From Lama guanicoe (lineage: Eukaryota): a DNA stretch of 64,000 nt. Of this stretch, positions 41,774 through 53,656 are shown one piece after another. The stretch spans positions 744,001 to 808,000 of the forward strand of contig MU056756.1 of NCBI GenBank assembly GCA_013239625.1, written 5' to 3'. The first letter of the stretch is position 1. Each line of letters starts with the position of its first letter. The position numbers were made by a program, and so were the translations under genes. The notes under the pieces were generated by a model, which was not told the origin of the DNA, searched no databases, and saw nothing but the letters and a program-made list of their open reading frames with translations.

Positions 41774-43834
41774 TGTGGGGTCAGGGCCTGTGGTCGGGTG
41801 TGGCTGGAACACGGTGACCCTCCCGGCAGCCTCCACTCTCTGGGGTCTGGGTCTCCCAGGACACAGCCTTATGGGGCTGGCGGCCCTGCTAGAGCTTGGT
41901 TGAGGGTCCTGGTGTCCAGGTCTGGACAGAGTCGTCATGTGGCCAGAGCCTGAGGTCCTCAGGCAGGCAGAGTATCTCAGTCGGGGGAGACACTCAGAGA
42001 CTCGAGAGATTAAAATCTAAACCCGCTCCTTTTTCTGCAAATTGGATGTTAACCTTTCTAATGCATTCTGAAAACCTTTTCTTCTGTTTCCATGGCATAC
42101 TCTGGAACCTCTCAAACTTCAGCAGTGTGGTATAAACGGGCTTGCACGCACGAGCCAAGAGAAACAATGTAATGTATCAAAAATATACCTCGTGCCCATC
42201 ACCGGGTTCAGCGCTGTGTAACCGTCGAAACAGATGCAGGCTGCCTGTTGCCCCCGGGGTTTCAGACGACGAGTCCCTTGAGACTGAGGCTGCGAAGGCG
42301 CCAAGGCTGACTCCCCGGCCGCGTTCTGGGAAGTGGGAGGTGGTGCTAGCGTCCCATCCAGCGCGAGGGCTGCCCAGTGCCTGTTGCCGTTTAGAGAGTG
42401 TTTAGCTAATAACGTGATGTTGTGATTCAGGTGGTGATTACAGAAGGGCGCGGTCCCTTCGGCTGCTGCCAGTCTGCTTTGCTGGGCTCTGATCGGCCAG
42501 ACAGCATCACCGCGACTGCCGGCGTCCGGGCTGGGCGGAGAGGCTGCCGGTCGGTCACCGGACATGGTAAACCCTCGGGCTTGGTTGTCATACTGTCTTT
42601 CCATCAGGGCTCAGCTCCTCCGAGGCAGGCAGGTCACAGGCAGCTGGAGCCCAGGTCAGACCTCCAGGGCATCTGGTCCAGGACGAGCACAGAGGCCAGC
42701 GCTCCCGCTGGGTGGGCGTCACCCAGGCTGCTTCCACTGGCTCTTCGCACACGTTTTCTGCTGCTCTGTGTCCCGTTTCCTTTTCCTTCGAAGGCGTCCA
42801 TAACCAACACCCGTATTTCCCAGGCAGTGTCCTGCACACAAGGGGCTTTTCTCCACATCTTGCTTGTCGCAGGCCCCTCTGTAAACACCGAGGGCAGGAA
42901 CACAGAGCAGAGCAGTGTCTGCGGCCCTCCTTTGTGTGTGTGCTGTGGGAACCGGGCCCCTCGCTGCAGACAAAGCCTCTTTTTGTCCGCTCGCCTCGGG
43001 GCTGAATTTCCCACTGTTTTCCGCGGCTCCAGCGGGATGGTATCCAGGAGCAAGCGAGGAAACTCTCGGTGGCCTCTGCTGCTAAGAGGTGACTGCCACT
43101 GAGGAAAGGACATTGATCGGTTGCCTTCTCATGGTTTGTTAGCGGTTAAAGGGGTTTCTCTGACGTTGCGTACTGGGTCCTTTTCAAAGAGGGTCAGGAT
43201 ACGAAGAATTTGTAACGGGGTCAGGGAAGTGGCTCTTCAACTCTTGGCCCTGAAGAGTGGATGAACACTCCCCCCCGCCCCCCGTCTAGTTAGAGATAAT
43301 TTATTTGGCACAATTCAAATGCATTAAACCCAGAGATTTGGATTCCAGGAGGGGACGGATAACATGACAGCCTAAGCAGGAGTCATCTCAACAGTTGTCG
43401 AGTTCCGACTTGCTGGAGGAGCAGACGTGAACGAGACGCAGAGCCACAGCCAAGGGGGCGCCCAGCTGCGAGGCCAGCCCAGGTGTGATGACCCCAGACG
43501 TGAGGACAGGCCCGTGCTGTGAGCAGGCCCAGCACAGGCTGTGTCCGGGCTGCAGGCACGACGGGGGCTCGTGAGGATCAGGGAAGGCTTCCTGGAGAAG
43601 GTGGTACCCAGTCAGGTGGGCATGGATGCCCAGACACTGCAGGCTGGGGGCTGCCGCCAGGGACTGAGGCTGGTGGGTCAGGGGACGGGTGTGAGGCCGA
43701 GAAGGGCTGGCAGTGGGCTTGGCGTGTCCCCGGGGGGCCTGTGCGAAGTGACAGGAGGAGGCGGTAGATAAGGTCTCTTTGGATCAGGGTGTCCTGCAGG
43801 CCCAGCCAGTTGCAGCTTCAAAGCACAAGGGAAC

Positions 43835-44540
43835 TTTTCTTTTATTGAAGTAGAGTCGCTTTAAGTGTTGTGTTAAGTTCTGGTGTACAGGGCAGTGATT
43901 CAGTTACATATATATATATATATAATATATATAAATTTCTTTTCATATTCTTTTCCATTATAAGCTGTTACAAGGTATTGGATATAGTTCCCTGTGCTTT
44001 ACAGTAGGAACTTGTTATTTATTATATACATACTAGTGTGTATCTGCAAATCCCAAACTCCCAACTTATCCTGCCCCCTTCCTCCTGGTGACCATAAGTG
44101 TGTTTTCTATGTCTGTGAGTCTATTTCTGGTTTGTCAATCAGCTGTATCATTGTTTTTAGATTCCACATACCATAAGTGATATCATATGGTATTTGTCTT
44201 TCTCTGTCTGACTCACTTCCCTTAGTCTNNNNNNNNNNNNNNNNNNNNNNNNNNNNNNNNNNNNNNNNNNNNNNNNNNNNNNNNNNNNNNNNNNNNNNNN
44301 NNNNNNNNNNNNNNNNNNNNNNNNNNNNNNNNNNNNNNNNNNNNNNNNNNNNNNNNNNNNNNNNNNNNNNNNNNNNNNNNNNNNNNNTGCGTGTGTCTTT
44401 TCAAATTATAGTTTTTCCAGGTATATGCCCAGGAGTGGGATTGCTGGATCATAAAGTCTGTTTTTAGTCTTTTGAGGAGCCTCCATACTGTCCTCCATAG
44501 TGGCTGCACCAAACTGCATTCCCACCAGCAGGGCAGGAGG
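43835..44540 (-). mobile_element. Truncated L1 3' end with ORF2 C-terminal remnant, interrupted by the assembly gap
   Basis: Same L1 tail type as 40023 with an internal (TA)n. Minus-strand translation gives VQPLWRTVWRLLKRLK and YDPAIPLLGIY, which are L1 ORF2p C-terminal motifs. Confidence 0.9.
44229..44387. other. Assembly gap (159 N)
   Basis: Run of N inside the L1. Confidence 0.99.
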
Positions 44541-46255
44541 CAGAATCAATTTTAAATTCATGATTTCAGTCCTCAAGAGGGGCTGGCTTTCCTTCCTCTC
44601 TGCTCTGTGCTGGGTCTTATTTACACAGGTGGCTGGGTGACAGCAGAGAGGAGCCAGTCTCACGTTTCTGAGTCCCCTGGAAAGAGGGGTGTGACCCACC
44701 CCTGGGGACCAGGTGGGGAAGCACAGGGTAGGGGGTCAGGGGGCAGAGGGAGGGGGACTGAGGCCACGGCCTCTTTTGGAGTTTCCAGCACAGGGTAAAC
44801 ACACAGGACTGACCGGTTCTAATGACACTGTGGGGCTTTGGGCTCCAGGGGTGTTCCTGGCTGCCTGGCTCCCGGCCTGGGTGATTCGGGCAGAGGAATG
44901 CTGCCTCCTGGGTGCAGGGCAGATGGGGGAGGCCTGGCTGGCTGGGTCGTTGGCATCTGTCACAGGCGTCCCCTGGCTGGGCCCTTTGCTGCGGGAGAGA
45001 CGGCCCTTCCCGGCCAGGAGGGGTTTGAGCTGCCAGGACATCACAAGAGACAGAAAATGAAAGCCAGGATGATACACTGTCTCTGAGACAAAGTTGACTC
45101 CCGCTTCTCTGCTGTGACTGCCCCCCGCCCCGCTGCCACCCCGTCTCCCACCTGAGTCTCGGGGGGCCTCGGGCCTCAGCCCTGCTGCTCGTCTCGGGGG
45201 TCGGGACGTCGACTTCTCTATGCCCCTGTTCCAGCCACGGCCCCCTCTCTGCTCACAGTTGTTACTGTTCTCTTTGATTATTTACAATCAAGCTGTGGGT
45301 CAAAGCCAATGATTCAATACACTTAGCCGCTGATAAAAACTTACCAGTGCTCAGTTCACCACATGTCAATCCATCCATTCCTGGTTTACTCCGTTTTCAG
45401 CCCATCCTACTGAAGCGGGAGTTCCTGGAGGGCGGACGCCCTGTCCGGTTCTGTCCTGGAATTCGCGGTGCCTCCCCGTGGCGGGTGCATCAGCGCGGGG
45501 CAGGCTTAGCTGCATGCAGCGAGAACCCAGGTCAGCAGTGGCTGAGGCAGTTAAGAAGTGTCTGTGTCCCTTTCCTGTGACCCGGGATCACAGCTCTGTG
45601 TTGGGTCACAGGATGGGGGGCAGACGTCCTTCCTCTAAGGGCACGACCTGGACTCAGTGTCCCGGCTGCCCCGCTGCAGGGAGCCGAGCCTGAGCCCCAC
45701 GGTCCACAAAGGGGACAGTGACACGAAGGGGACAGTGATGCTGCAGCCGCTGCCACCCAGCGCATCCAACCAGGCGAATGCAGCCGAGGAGCAGGGAGCT
45801 GCCGCATGCCCCTGCACACCTCCACCTGCTGTTTCATTTCTGTTTTTAAAAATCCCAATAGCAAGTCCTTGGTCCCACCCCTAAGCACAGCCAGGCGACT
45901 TCTAAGCAGCAGAGATGCCACCAGGAAACAGCTGACTTACGGATCCGAGCTTTCAGACTTCAGGTTGTGACTCGTGTGTCGGGAAATCAATTTGCGGGGT
46001 ATGGCCGCACGTGTGGGTTGACCGAGAGCAGAACGGCCACCGCCAGGGCTTGCCTCGTGAAGGGAGGGCGGGGAGCGCTCACACACGCGTGCACACGTGT
46101 GTCCCCGGGGCTTGCGCCCGGGGCAGCGCCAGGGCCTTCGCTTTTGCACTTTCTGCCTCCAGGCCCGCCCGTCTGCCCTCCTCTCCTGAGACGCTTGGCG
46201 CTGCACCCCGCGGCCTCTGCCTGTGTCCTCTTTTCCAGTTAGAGATCATGGAGCG

Positions 46256-46697
46256 CGCGTCGGCGGGGTTCTGCAGGGACGCAGGGCCGGCAGGCGGTAC
46301 AGACGGACGGACAGTGGGGTCCACGTGGCTGTGCAGACACACGTTGGTCTGTGTCTGCACCCACACCCGTCTCCACGCCTGTTTCTAGAAGGAGGCTTGT
46401 CGTGCGGTGTTTGCTCATGTGATGCCGGAGGCTGAGAGGCCCACAAGGTGCGCTCGAGCTGGGCCCGGGCTGGCGATGGCGCAGCTGGGGGCCCGCGCCG
46501 GGCGCCTGCGGCGGAAGACGGGTGTTCAGCTCAAGCAGGCAGGCAGCCAGTGCGTCCACCCCCCTCCGTGTCTGCGTCCCGTTCGAGCCATCCGAGGACT
46601 GGAGGATGCCCTCCCAGACACCCCCGGAAGTGATGTTGAAGCAGACATCTGGGCGTGCTGGGGCCCCGTGGAGCTGACGCGGAATCAAGCATCGCGC
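46256..46697 (-). mobile_element. Highly GC-shifted MLT2 (ERVL) solo LTR
   Basis: Alignable to the MLT2 copy at 49799: GGGTTCTGCAGGGACGCAG...GGAGGCTGAGAGGCCCAC...CAGCTCAAGCAGGCAGGCAG...CCCTCCCAGACACCCCCGGAAGTGATGTT...CAGACATCTGGGC. Confidence 0.72.
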
Positions 46698-47053
46698 GGG
46701 CACGTGTGTGTAACGCGCCCGCCACAGCCCGTTGGGGCGGGGGGGTGGCAGGCCGCGTGCGCCCTTTCCTTCTGAATTCCTCGAGGCCCTCCGCACAAGC
46801 TGCACGTCCTGAGTACCGCTCCTGACTTTCAGAACAACGAACATTTTTTGTTTGTTTTTATTTTTGTTCCCTCCGGCTTGGGCCAGGGTCCACCTGCCCG
46901 AGGGCAGTCGGCTCCGTGTGCTTCGGGCTCTCGCCGCGGGACAGGCGGGGAGGGGGCTGCTCATTCCGCCCCCAGCGGCTCTGGTCTCGGCCCGCCTTCC
47001 GCCTAGAACCAGCCGAGCCACATGGGGCGTGAAGCCTGCAGCTGCCTCGGACA

Positions 47054-47067
47054 CCGCCACCTGCTGG
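47054..47067 (-). promoter_or_regulatory. CTCF motif (CCAGCAGGTGGCGG)
   Basis: Close match to the CTCF core consensus; binding not demonstrated. Confidence 0.55.
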
Positions 47068-47479
47068 ATAAGGAAAACGTCACACTTCGGAGCCAAATGG
47101 GAACTAAATACCAGGACGCTGAACTGGGAAGGACCGAAATATTTTAAGTGACATCACAGCTGCTACAAGATAGACCGGGGCACACGGGATACTCTCCAAC
47201 CCCCTTACGTACATGTATGTTACTGAACGTGCGCGCGCACAGTACCTGCCTGTTAGTTGAAGAACTGAAGTGCAGCTTTCTTTTCAAAGGTGGCGCACGT
47301 CCTGCGAGGAGTTACGTCCTCCAGCGTCGCTTACACACGGCTGGCCCCTCCGTGCGCCCACCGCCCTGTATGCAGGTCACTCCGAGGCGTGAACAAACGT
47401 GGGCTCCTCCCGTCGCGGGGGCTTTGGGAGAATCCCAAACAGCAGCGCAGAGCTGGTAAGGAGGCTAGAAAAACTGTAC

Positions 47480-47900
47480 CTAGCGCTCGTACCGTAACGG
47501 TTAGGGACCCAAGAGGCAGCCCGGAGGACACGCCCACGTTCGGCAGCCGCGAGGTCGCCCGGGACCGAGGCGGCCACGCCCGCGTCTCGTTTGTGCTGGA
47601 CCCCGTGGTTCGTCGGACAGCGCCCCTCTGACGCGGCCCTCCGTCGCCGCGCGCACCGCCGCCGCCCGCCGGGCCCCGCCCCTCCCGGCCCCGCCCCCGC
47701 AGCGCGGAGCGGCGCGTTTCCCCGCGACCCCCGCCGGGGCCGGGGCTCCGCCCCGCGGCCGCAGACCTGCAGGCGCCTGCGCGGTGGGACGGCAGCAGGT
47801 GCACGCGGACGGGGCTGGGGGCCGCGGGCCGGGCCGGCCCGTCCTGGCCGCTGCTTCCCACGGCTGTCTCTGGCCCTGAAACACGGGCAGCGTTTCGTCT
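47480..47900. promoter_or_regulatory. Orphan CpG island with clustered GC boxes
   Basis: Very high CpG density with repeated CCCCGCCCC / CCGCCCC; no recognisable gene attached. Confidence 0.65.
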
Positions 47901-48834
47901 GAAACCCTGATACCCAGAGGAGGGCCTGGTCCCCACACGTGCTGGACTTTGTTAATCCCTCTAAAGCCAACATCTTTCTCGTTGAAATTTCAAACCGTGT
48001 TTGAAAGGAAGTAAGCGGATCTTGCCCTTGGTGTATTTCTGGAGCCTCCTTCCCTCACGGGGAAGCCGTCCTTTAATTTAAACGGTGAATGGCAGGTGCT
48101 GGAGGAGGCGGGGGTTGGAGGAGACGGGCTCCCGGAGTCACGCGGCCCTTCGGGTCTCCGGAAGCTGGCCGGGTGGGTGACGCTGGGCTTGGGGGCAGCG
48201 GGGCGGGGTGCTGCGGCTCTGGGTGAACTGGAGACCGTCGCCGAGGACGTCAGCCTCCTCACCTGTGCCAGGCGGGGCTGCGCTGAATCTTGTCACCTTC
48301 TCTCTGCGGGATTCTGTGCAGCCGACAGGAGGCAGGAGTGGATTTGAAATGTCACCGCCTTTACGTGAGCACAGTTACGTTTTTGCAAACAAATGACTTT
48401 AGAATCTTGGGTAACGCTGACCCGGTCTGGGTCAACTATTTCAACACAGAATTTTGCTCCTGGGAAAGCCTTCGGATTGGCACTTCCATCAGTTCTGGGA
48501 TTAACGAAATTCCACTGTCTCCTCATCTTTTGCGTCTCTGTCACTCTCTAACAAAGTGGACGTTAGAGCGGTGTGCACGCTGGTTTTCGTAGCTCGTAGG
48601 TTTTCTCTATTTTCTTGGTCGTTTTTCCTCTGGAGAATTCATTCCGATTAATATTCCAGTTCAACTGTACCGATGCTGCAGTTAAGTCCATCCTCAGTGT
48701 TCTTGATTTTGGTTATTTAATTTTTATTTCTCAAAGCTCTATTTAGTTGTTCTTGAAACCTAACGCGTTTTCATGTGAACTTAGATATTCTCAAGACTGT
48801 CTCTTATTTCAGCATTTCACACGTTTTCACTCTA

Positions 48835-49460
48835 TTACAACTTGACTGAGATATAACTCACACACCATGCAATGCACCCGTTTCAAGTGCGCAGTTCAGT
48901 GGTTATTAGTATGTTTACAGGGTTGTTCAGCCACCACACAGTACATGTTAGGACGTCATCTGGGGTCTTCGTGACTGGACCACATTCTGTTTTATCCATG
49001 AATCAGTTGCGGGTGTTTGGGTTGTTTCCACTTCGGGGTGTTCTGAGCGGAGCTTCTCGGGGTGTGGAGGGACTAGCATTCGTACCTGGGAGTGGAATCG
49101 GTGGGTCATGTGCTGACTGTTGGACGGCCAGCCTCTTCTCCGTCGTGGGGGCCTCATCAGTGCTCATACATGGGCAGGTCTTCTCCTCCCCGTGTTGCCA
49201 CCTGCCCGTCTGATGGCCGCCGTGGGGGTGACGGGCTGCCCCACTGTGGTTTCCATCTGCGCCTCCCTGGTGAGGACTCCCCTGATGGCGGACGTCCCGG
49301 GAGTCTCAGCGGGTCTGTCTTGCACGGGGTAGTCTGCACAGGTGTCTCGTTACCTTTGACAAGATGCTGGTCATCGCAGCTGGAAAGTGGTTTGTGAGAG
49401 TGATTTCCCCCGCAGATGAGGTGCCTTTCTCAGAGTTTATTTACACTTACTTTTTCCAGG
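48835..49460 (-). mobile_element. Old L1M (L1MB-like) 3' end remnant
   Basis: TGAGATATAACTCACACACCATGCAATGCACCCGTTTCAAGTGCGCAGTTCAGTGGTTATTAGTATGTTTACAG...TTTGGGTTGTTTCCACTT...TACCTGGGAGTGGAATCG. Confidence 0.75.
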
Positions 49461-49771
49461 TGTCCAGGGGTGGGGGGTGGAGACTGTTCATTGGGGACGC
49501 CCTTTAGCCAAATTCAAGGCTTAAGTTTCTCTCGAGGGTCCAGAGGGCTTGACCTGAGGCTGTACTTCTGTACCACTGTGTCCTTGTCCCGAGGGTGCGT
49601 CTCTTTGGAGCTCCAGGGACAGGTCACTTACGGACTCCTTACCTCCTTTCAGACACAGGACTTTTATTTCTGCCTCCTACATAAGACTGTCACATGAAAG
49701 TTATCTGTCACTGCAGGGCTTCATTATTCCCTCTGCTTCCGGCTGGTGTGCCTTGCAGAATTCCTTGTCAG

Positions 49772-49774
<3 letters not shown>

Positions 49775-49802
<28 letters not shown>
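49775..49802. repeat. (TG)14 microsatellite
   Basis: Read directly from the sequence. Confidence 0.97.
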
Positions 49803-49805
<3 letters not shown>

Positions 49806-50213
49806 GTCAGGGTTCTCCAGAGAAGCAGATCCAACATGAACTCAAACACAAAAACTACGGGAGAGAGAGATTTACTGTAAGAAATTGGCTTACACCCTGG
49901 TGGGGCTGGCAAGTCTGAGATCCATAGGGTAGGTAGCAGGAGGGCCGGGGAAGAGTTGTAGTTTGAGTCTGAGGCTGTCTGCTGGCGGAATTCCCTGTTT
50001 CTGGGGACCTCGATCTTTTTCTGTTCAGACCTTCAACTGATTGGGCGAGGCCCACCCACACTGGGGAAGACAATCGGCTTTACTCGAAGTCCGCTGATTT
50101 AAATGTTCATCCCATCCAAAAAAGTGGTGTCACAGGAACATCTCCACTGGTGTTTGACCAGACATCTGGGTGCCACGGTCTAGCCAAGTTGACACGTAAA
50201 ATGAACAGTCCCA
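49799..50213 (-). mobile_element. MLT2 (ERVL) solo LTR
   Basis: TGTTAGTCAGGGTTCTCCAGAGAAGCAGA...GAAATTGGCTTAC...CCTTCAACTGATTGGGCGAGGCCCACCCACA...TAGCCAAGTTGACACGTAAAAT. Confidence 0.88.
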
Positions 50214-50217
50214 GTAT

Positions 50218-50220
<3 letters not shown>

Positions 50221-50250
<30 letters not shown>
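50221..50250. repeat. (CA)15 microsatellite
   Basis: Read directly from the sequence. Confidence 0.97.
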
Positions 50251-50253
<3 letters not shown>

Positions 50254-50555
50254 CTTCAGATTTTTAAAAACTTATTTTCAGTGTACGAGTTGCTGCAAAT
50301 AACAAATCTGATTACTCAACTTGGAGTTTTCTGACACTGATATTTTTTGGTTAGATACAGTTACAGTGACTAGCTGGAGCCAAGTCAGGACTGATACAAC
50401 TTTTTTCCAAAACCGCAGATTATTTGTAATACAATTGTTTAACTTTCCTTATAGTGTTTTCCCTCTCTCCTATAAAATACTTTGGACTTTCTTCTTAGTA
50501 TCTGTGAATAGATTTTCTCCCCTCGGAAGGGCCGAGATGGATCCGCCGGTTTGGC

Positions 50556-50569
50556 GCGCCATCTAGTGG
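50556..50569 (-). promoter_or_regulatory. Strong CTCF motif (CCACTAGATGGCGC) at the edge of a small CpG-rich patch (~50540-51060)
   Basis: The minus strand reads TGTCCACTAGATGGCGCGC, a near-consensus CTCF core. Confidence 0.68.
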
Positions 50570-51094
50570 ACACAAGTTGGACGCGCACCTTGTCAAGCTT
50601 TGCAGGTTAGGCTGAAATGGCGCTTCTCAGAGTGCGTCCTGAGTCTCCCGGAGATCTGTGCCCTCTTAGGGAGTCTGGGGCCAAAGCTTTCCAGTACTGA
50701 TGAGATCGGCGGCTGAGTTACCAGCGTGAGCCTCTGCTCCCGTGCGGTGGAATTTGGAATTCCCGCGTGAATTCGGTGAGCGCGATTCTCTGAACGGCCC
50801 ACGACGCCCCGCGCAGAGCGGGGAGGACGCCCCGGCGGCGGCGCGGTCCCGGGACGCCAGCGTGGCGCGCGGGCTTGTGGCTGCGGCGTCAGCTTCCACG
50901 TCGCACCTGATCCTCAAGAATCACCGGGTAGCGTTGCCTCCAGCAAACGGGAAGCCTGTTCACAGCCCTGACTCAGGCCGGGCCCTGGGCGCCCGGGCCC
51001 CTCGCCGCGTTTCCGCCCCAAGCTGGGGCGCCGCGAGCTGAGCGCAGAGCAGGCGCCGGCTGTCTTGTCTTAAGACCAAAGATTTGCAAACATA

Positions 51095-51316
51095 GAAAAG
51101 CGTCCCATTCTATTTTTTTGTTTTGTTTTCAAAATAGTTATTTTTCATAAATACGTTATTTCTGTTAACATGTGATGGGTTAGACTTCGTTACCTTAAAA
51201 TGAGTTGTATTTCTAACGGGGTAAATATGGGGCGGCATCACCCACATAAATACAGGCTGTCTGGGATGTTTTGAAGGGTGATTAGGGCCCAAAACTAAAT
51301 GTTTGAGAAACTTTGG
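51095..51316 (+). mobile_element. hAT-Charlie family DNA transposon remnant
   Basis: ATACGTTATTTCTGTTAACATGTGATGGGTT...GGTAAATAT...ACCCACATAAA...GTTTGAGAAAC resembles Charlie4-type ends (from memory). Confidence 0.55.
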
Positions 51317-52235
51317 GCTAAAGGAGTACTTGTAATCTGCAGATAGTTAATAACAGAGTAATGTTGAATTCAGAAATGAGAATGAATTGTGTAATGACTA
51401 GTAATAATAACTATTTGTTTATTGCTAATTTTTGATACTTTAGCATCATCTCATCTGTACGTCAAAAGAGTCCGCAGTTGATTCCTCTGCCTTCACTTTC
51501 CACAGGATTAAAGCAGGTCCCGTTCCTGACTGGACCCCATGTCTTGAATCAGTTCATTTTATTTTCTTTTAAACAACCAAACCAAGGAATGTTATCGAGT
51601 GTCTATTATATGACAGCCCCAGGAATAGTTCTCAAAAATAAAAACGAGACATTCTCTCCTGCCTCTCCTGGGGCAGCGTAATAATAGCCTTATTTATGTG
51701 CACTTTGAAAATAGTTTCTCAAATTTCTAAAATGACCCCCAAGTTTAACTCAGGAAGGTCACCTCTTAATTTACGAGTAATTGAAGTGCTCTTAGGCCCT
51801 GGGCATCCGGTCTGCAGTTTCAGCTCTAACTGGCTGGAATTAGAATTATGTAAACAACCTTTCCATGAACTTAGGACACTTTACCGCTGGGGTTTTATCT
51901 CTGCGTTTCTCTCGGTGGCGTCTCCAACAACAATGATAAAAGAAATCTTTCAAAGAAGAGCGGCAGTGTGGACCTCAAGGCAAGGGAGGTGATTCTGTGC
52001 AAGCTTCTCACAAGCATAAAAAAGGAAAATGAATGTGTAGCTCATGGAAAAAACAGCAAAACCACAGCTTTTAATCAGACCAGAATGAAGAATATCGTCT
52101 TTTGGAGAAAAAGCACCAGCCTCACCAAGAGAGCGCCTGGCAAGCGAGTCCCTTTTTCTGAAGTACGTCCGACCCCTGATGGGGTCCACGTCTCCAGGTC
52201 CGTGGGTGCTGGGCTCACGCGGGGTGTGGTTAGGG

Positions 52236-52668
52236 TGTGTGTCGGGGTCCCCGAGAGGGACAGCCAGCGGGCCAGGTGGGCAGAGAGACAGACACAAGAG
52301 GAGGTGGATTGTGGGAAGTGGCCCAGGGGTTACAGAGGCCAGAAAGCCCTGCGCCCAGCATCTGCAGGCTGGCGACCAGGACGGCTGGGGGTGGGACACC
52401 GTCCAACTCCAGGGTCTGAGGGCCGGCAGCTCTGACGCCCCAGGGCAGGAGGAGAGCGAGACGCTCTCCCTTCCTCCGTCTTGCTCTAGTCAGGACCGCC
52501 AAGGCTGGGAAGACGCCGCCCACACGGGGAGGGCCGTCTTTGCTCAGTGACCCCACCGAATGCTGACCTCTTCCAGACACGGCCTCACGGACACCCCAGG
52601 ACCACTTCTTGCCAGCTCCCTGCGAGCCCCTCAGCCCCGCCCACTTGACACGTGAAGTCAGCTGTCCA
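52236..52668 (-). mobile_element. MLT2 (ERVL) solo LTR, GC-shifted
   Basis: GGGGTCCCCGAGAGGGACAG...GAGGCCAGAAAGCCC...TCTGCAGGCTGG...CCCTTCCTCCG...GCCCACACGGGGAGGGC...CTCACGGACACCCCAG...TTGACACGTGAAGT. Confidence 0.72.
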
Positions 52669-53656
52669 GGTGACAGCAGGTGTGTGCCTGTTGTCCCCGA
52701 GTGTTTGTCACAATCCTCCTCTCACTCTTAGAGTGGGTTCCGCTTGGATGGTAAGTTGTAGGGTTCCCTGATTATCACGGGATCAGGGAGCTTGGAGCTG
52801 AGACAGGCGGGTCCTGGTAGCCCTGGTTGGACGAAGAGCCACCTACTTCATTCTCACCCCTCCTTTACGGGAAACCTGCATCTGCGCCCAGTGCGCAGGG
52901 CACTGTCGCAGGGCTCATGAGAGACAGCCTTAAGGACACAAGCCTTGAATGTCAGTCCCGAATCAAATATTTGGCCATTTATTTGGTGTCATTAGCCAAT
53001 TGCTCTGCTCAGCTTGCATGCTGATCACTCAGCGCCCTTGGAACAGTGGCCTTGGACCCGGGTGGCCGTCCTGGGGGGCGGTTCTGTGCTGTCGGGCCCC
53101 CTCACCCTGCAGGCACTCGAGGGGGCCCCAGGCCCATGAGGACCGCTTCCCGCGGCAGGGCTGGCCTCGTTCTAACCAGAGGGGCCCAGAGGCCTAGCGG
53201 TCCAGGGATGGGGTGGCGGAGTGTTGTCCTGACCTTAGCTGAACCGTTCCTCCTGCACCTTTGTGTCTGAAAAGCTGAGTTGTATTTGGGGGATCTGGGA
53301 AGCTCTCAGTGGCATAATCTTGGGGTTCCCAGGAGGTTCGAGGAGCAAACACAAGCAAACTCCTGTCATGTGAACGCAGACTGGAACCTCCCCGGGAGGC
53401 GACTGTGGTTTTCCAGGCCTGGCCGTGTTCAGACGTCCGGTGTTGGGCAAAGCAGGTCTCCGGCCCAGAGGTCGCCCTGGTCCGCCCTTCCCACCGTGTC
53501 TGCTCCCGGGAGCGAGGGGCAGACGGCACCGTGATGCAAATGAGCATTAAGCAATGCTGCATTCCAGCCACTGTTTCCTACCGCCGTGCGTTTAGAAAGA
53601 ATTGGAACTTAAGCCCATGTTTTCACGTGTCTGGGGGCCTGGCGTGTCAGCAGACT

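Noticed and set aside
46239-47096. 285-aa minus-strand ORF
   Set aside because: Largely a translation of the GC-shifted MLT2 LTR.
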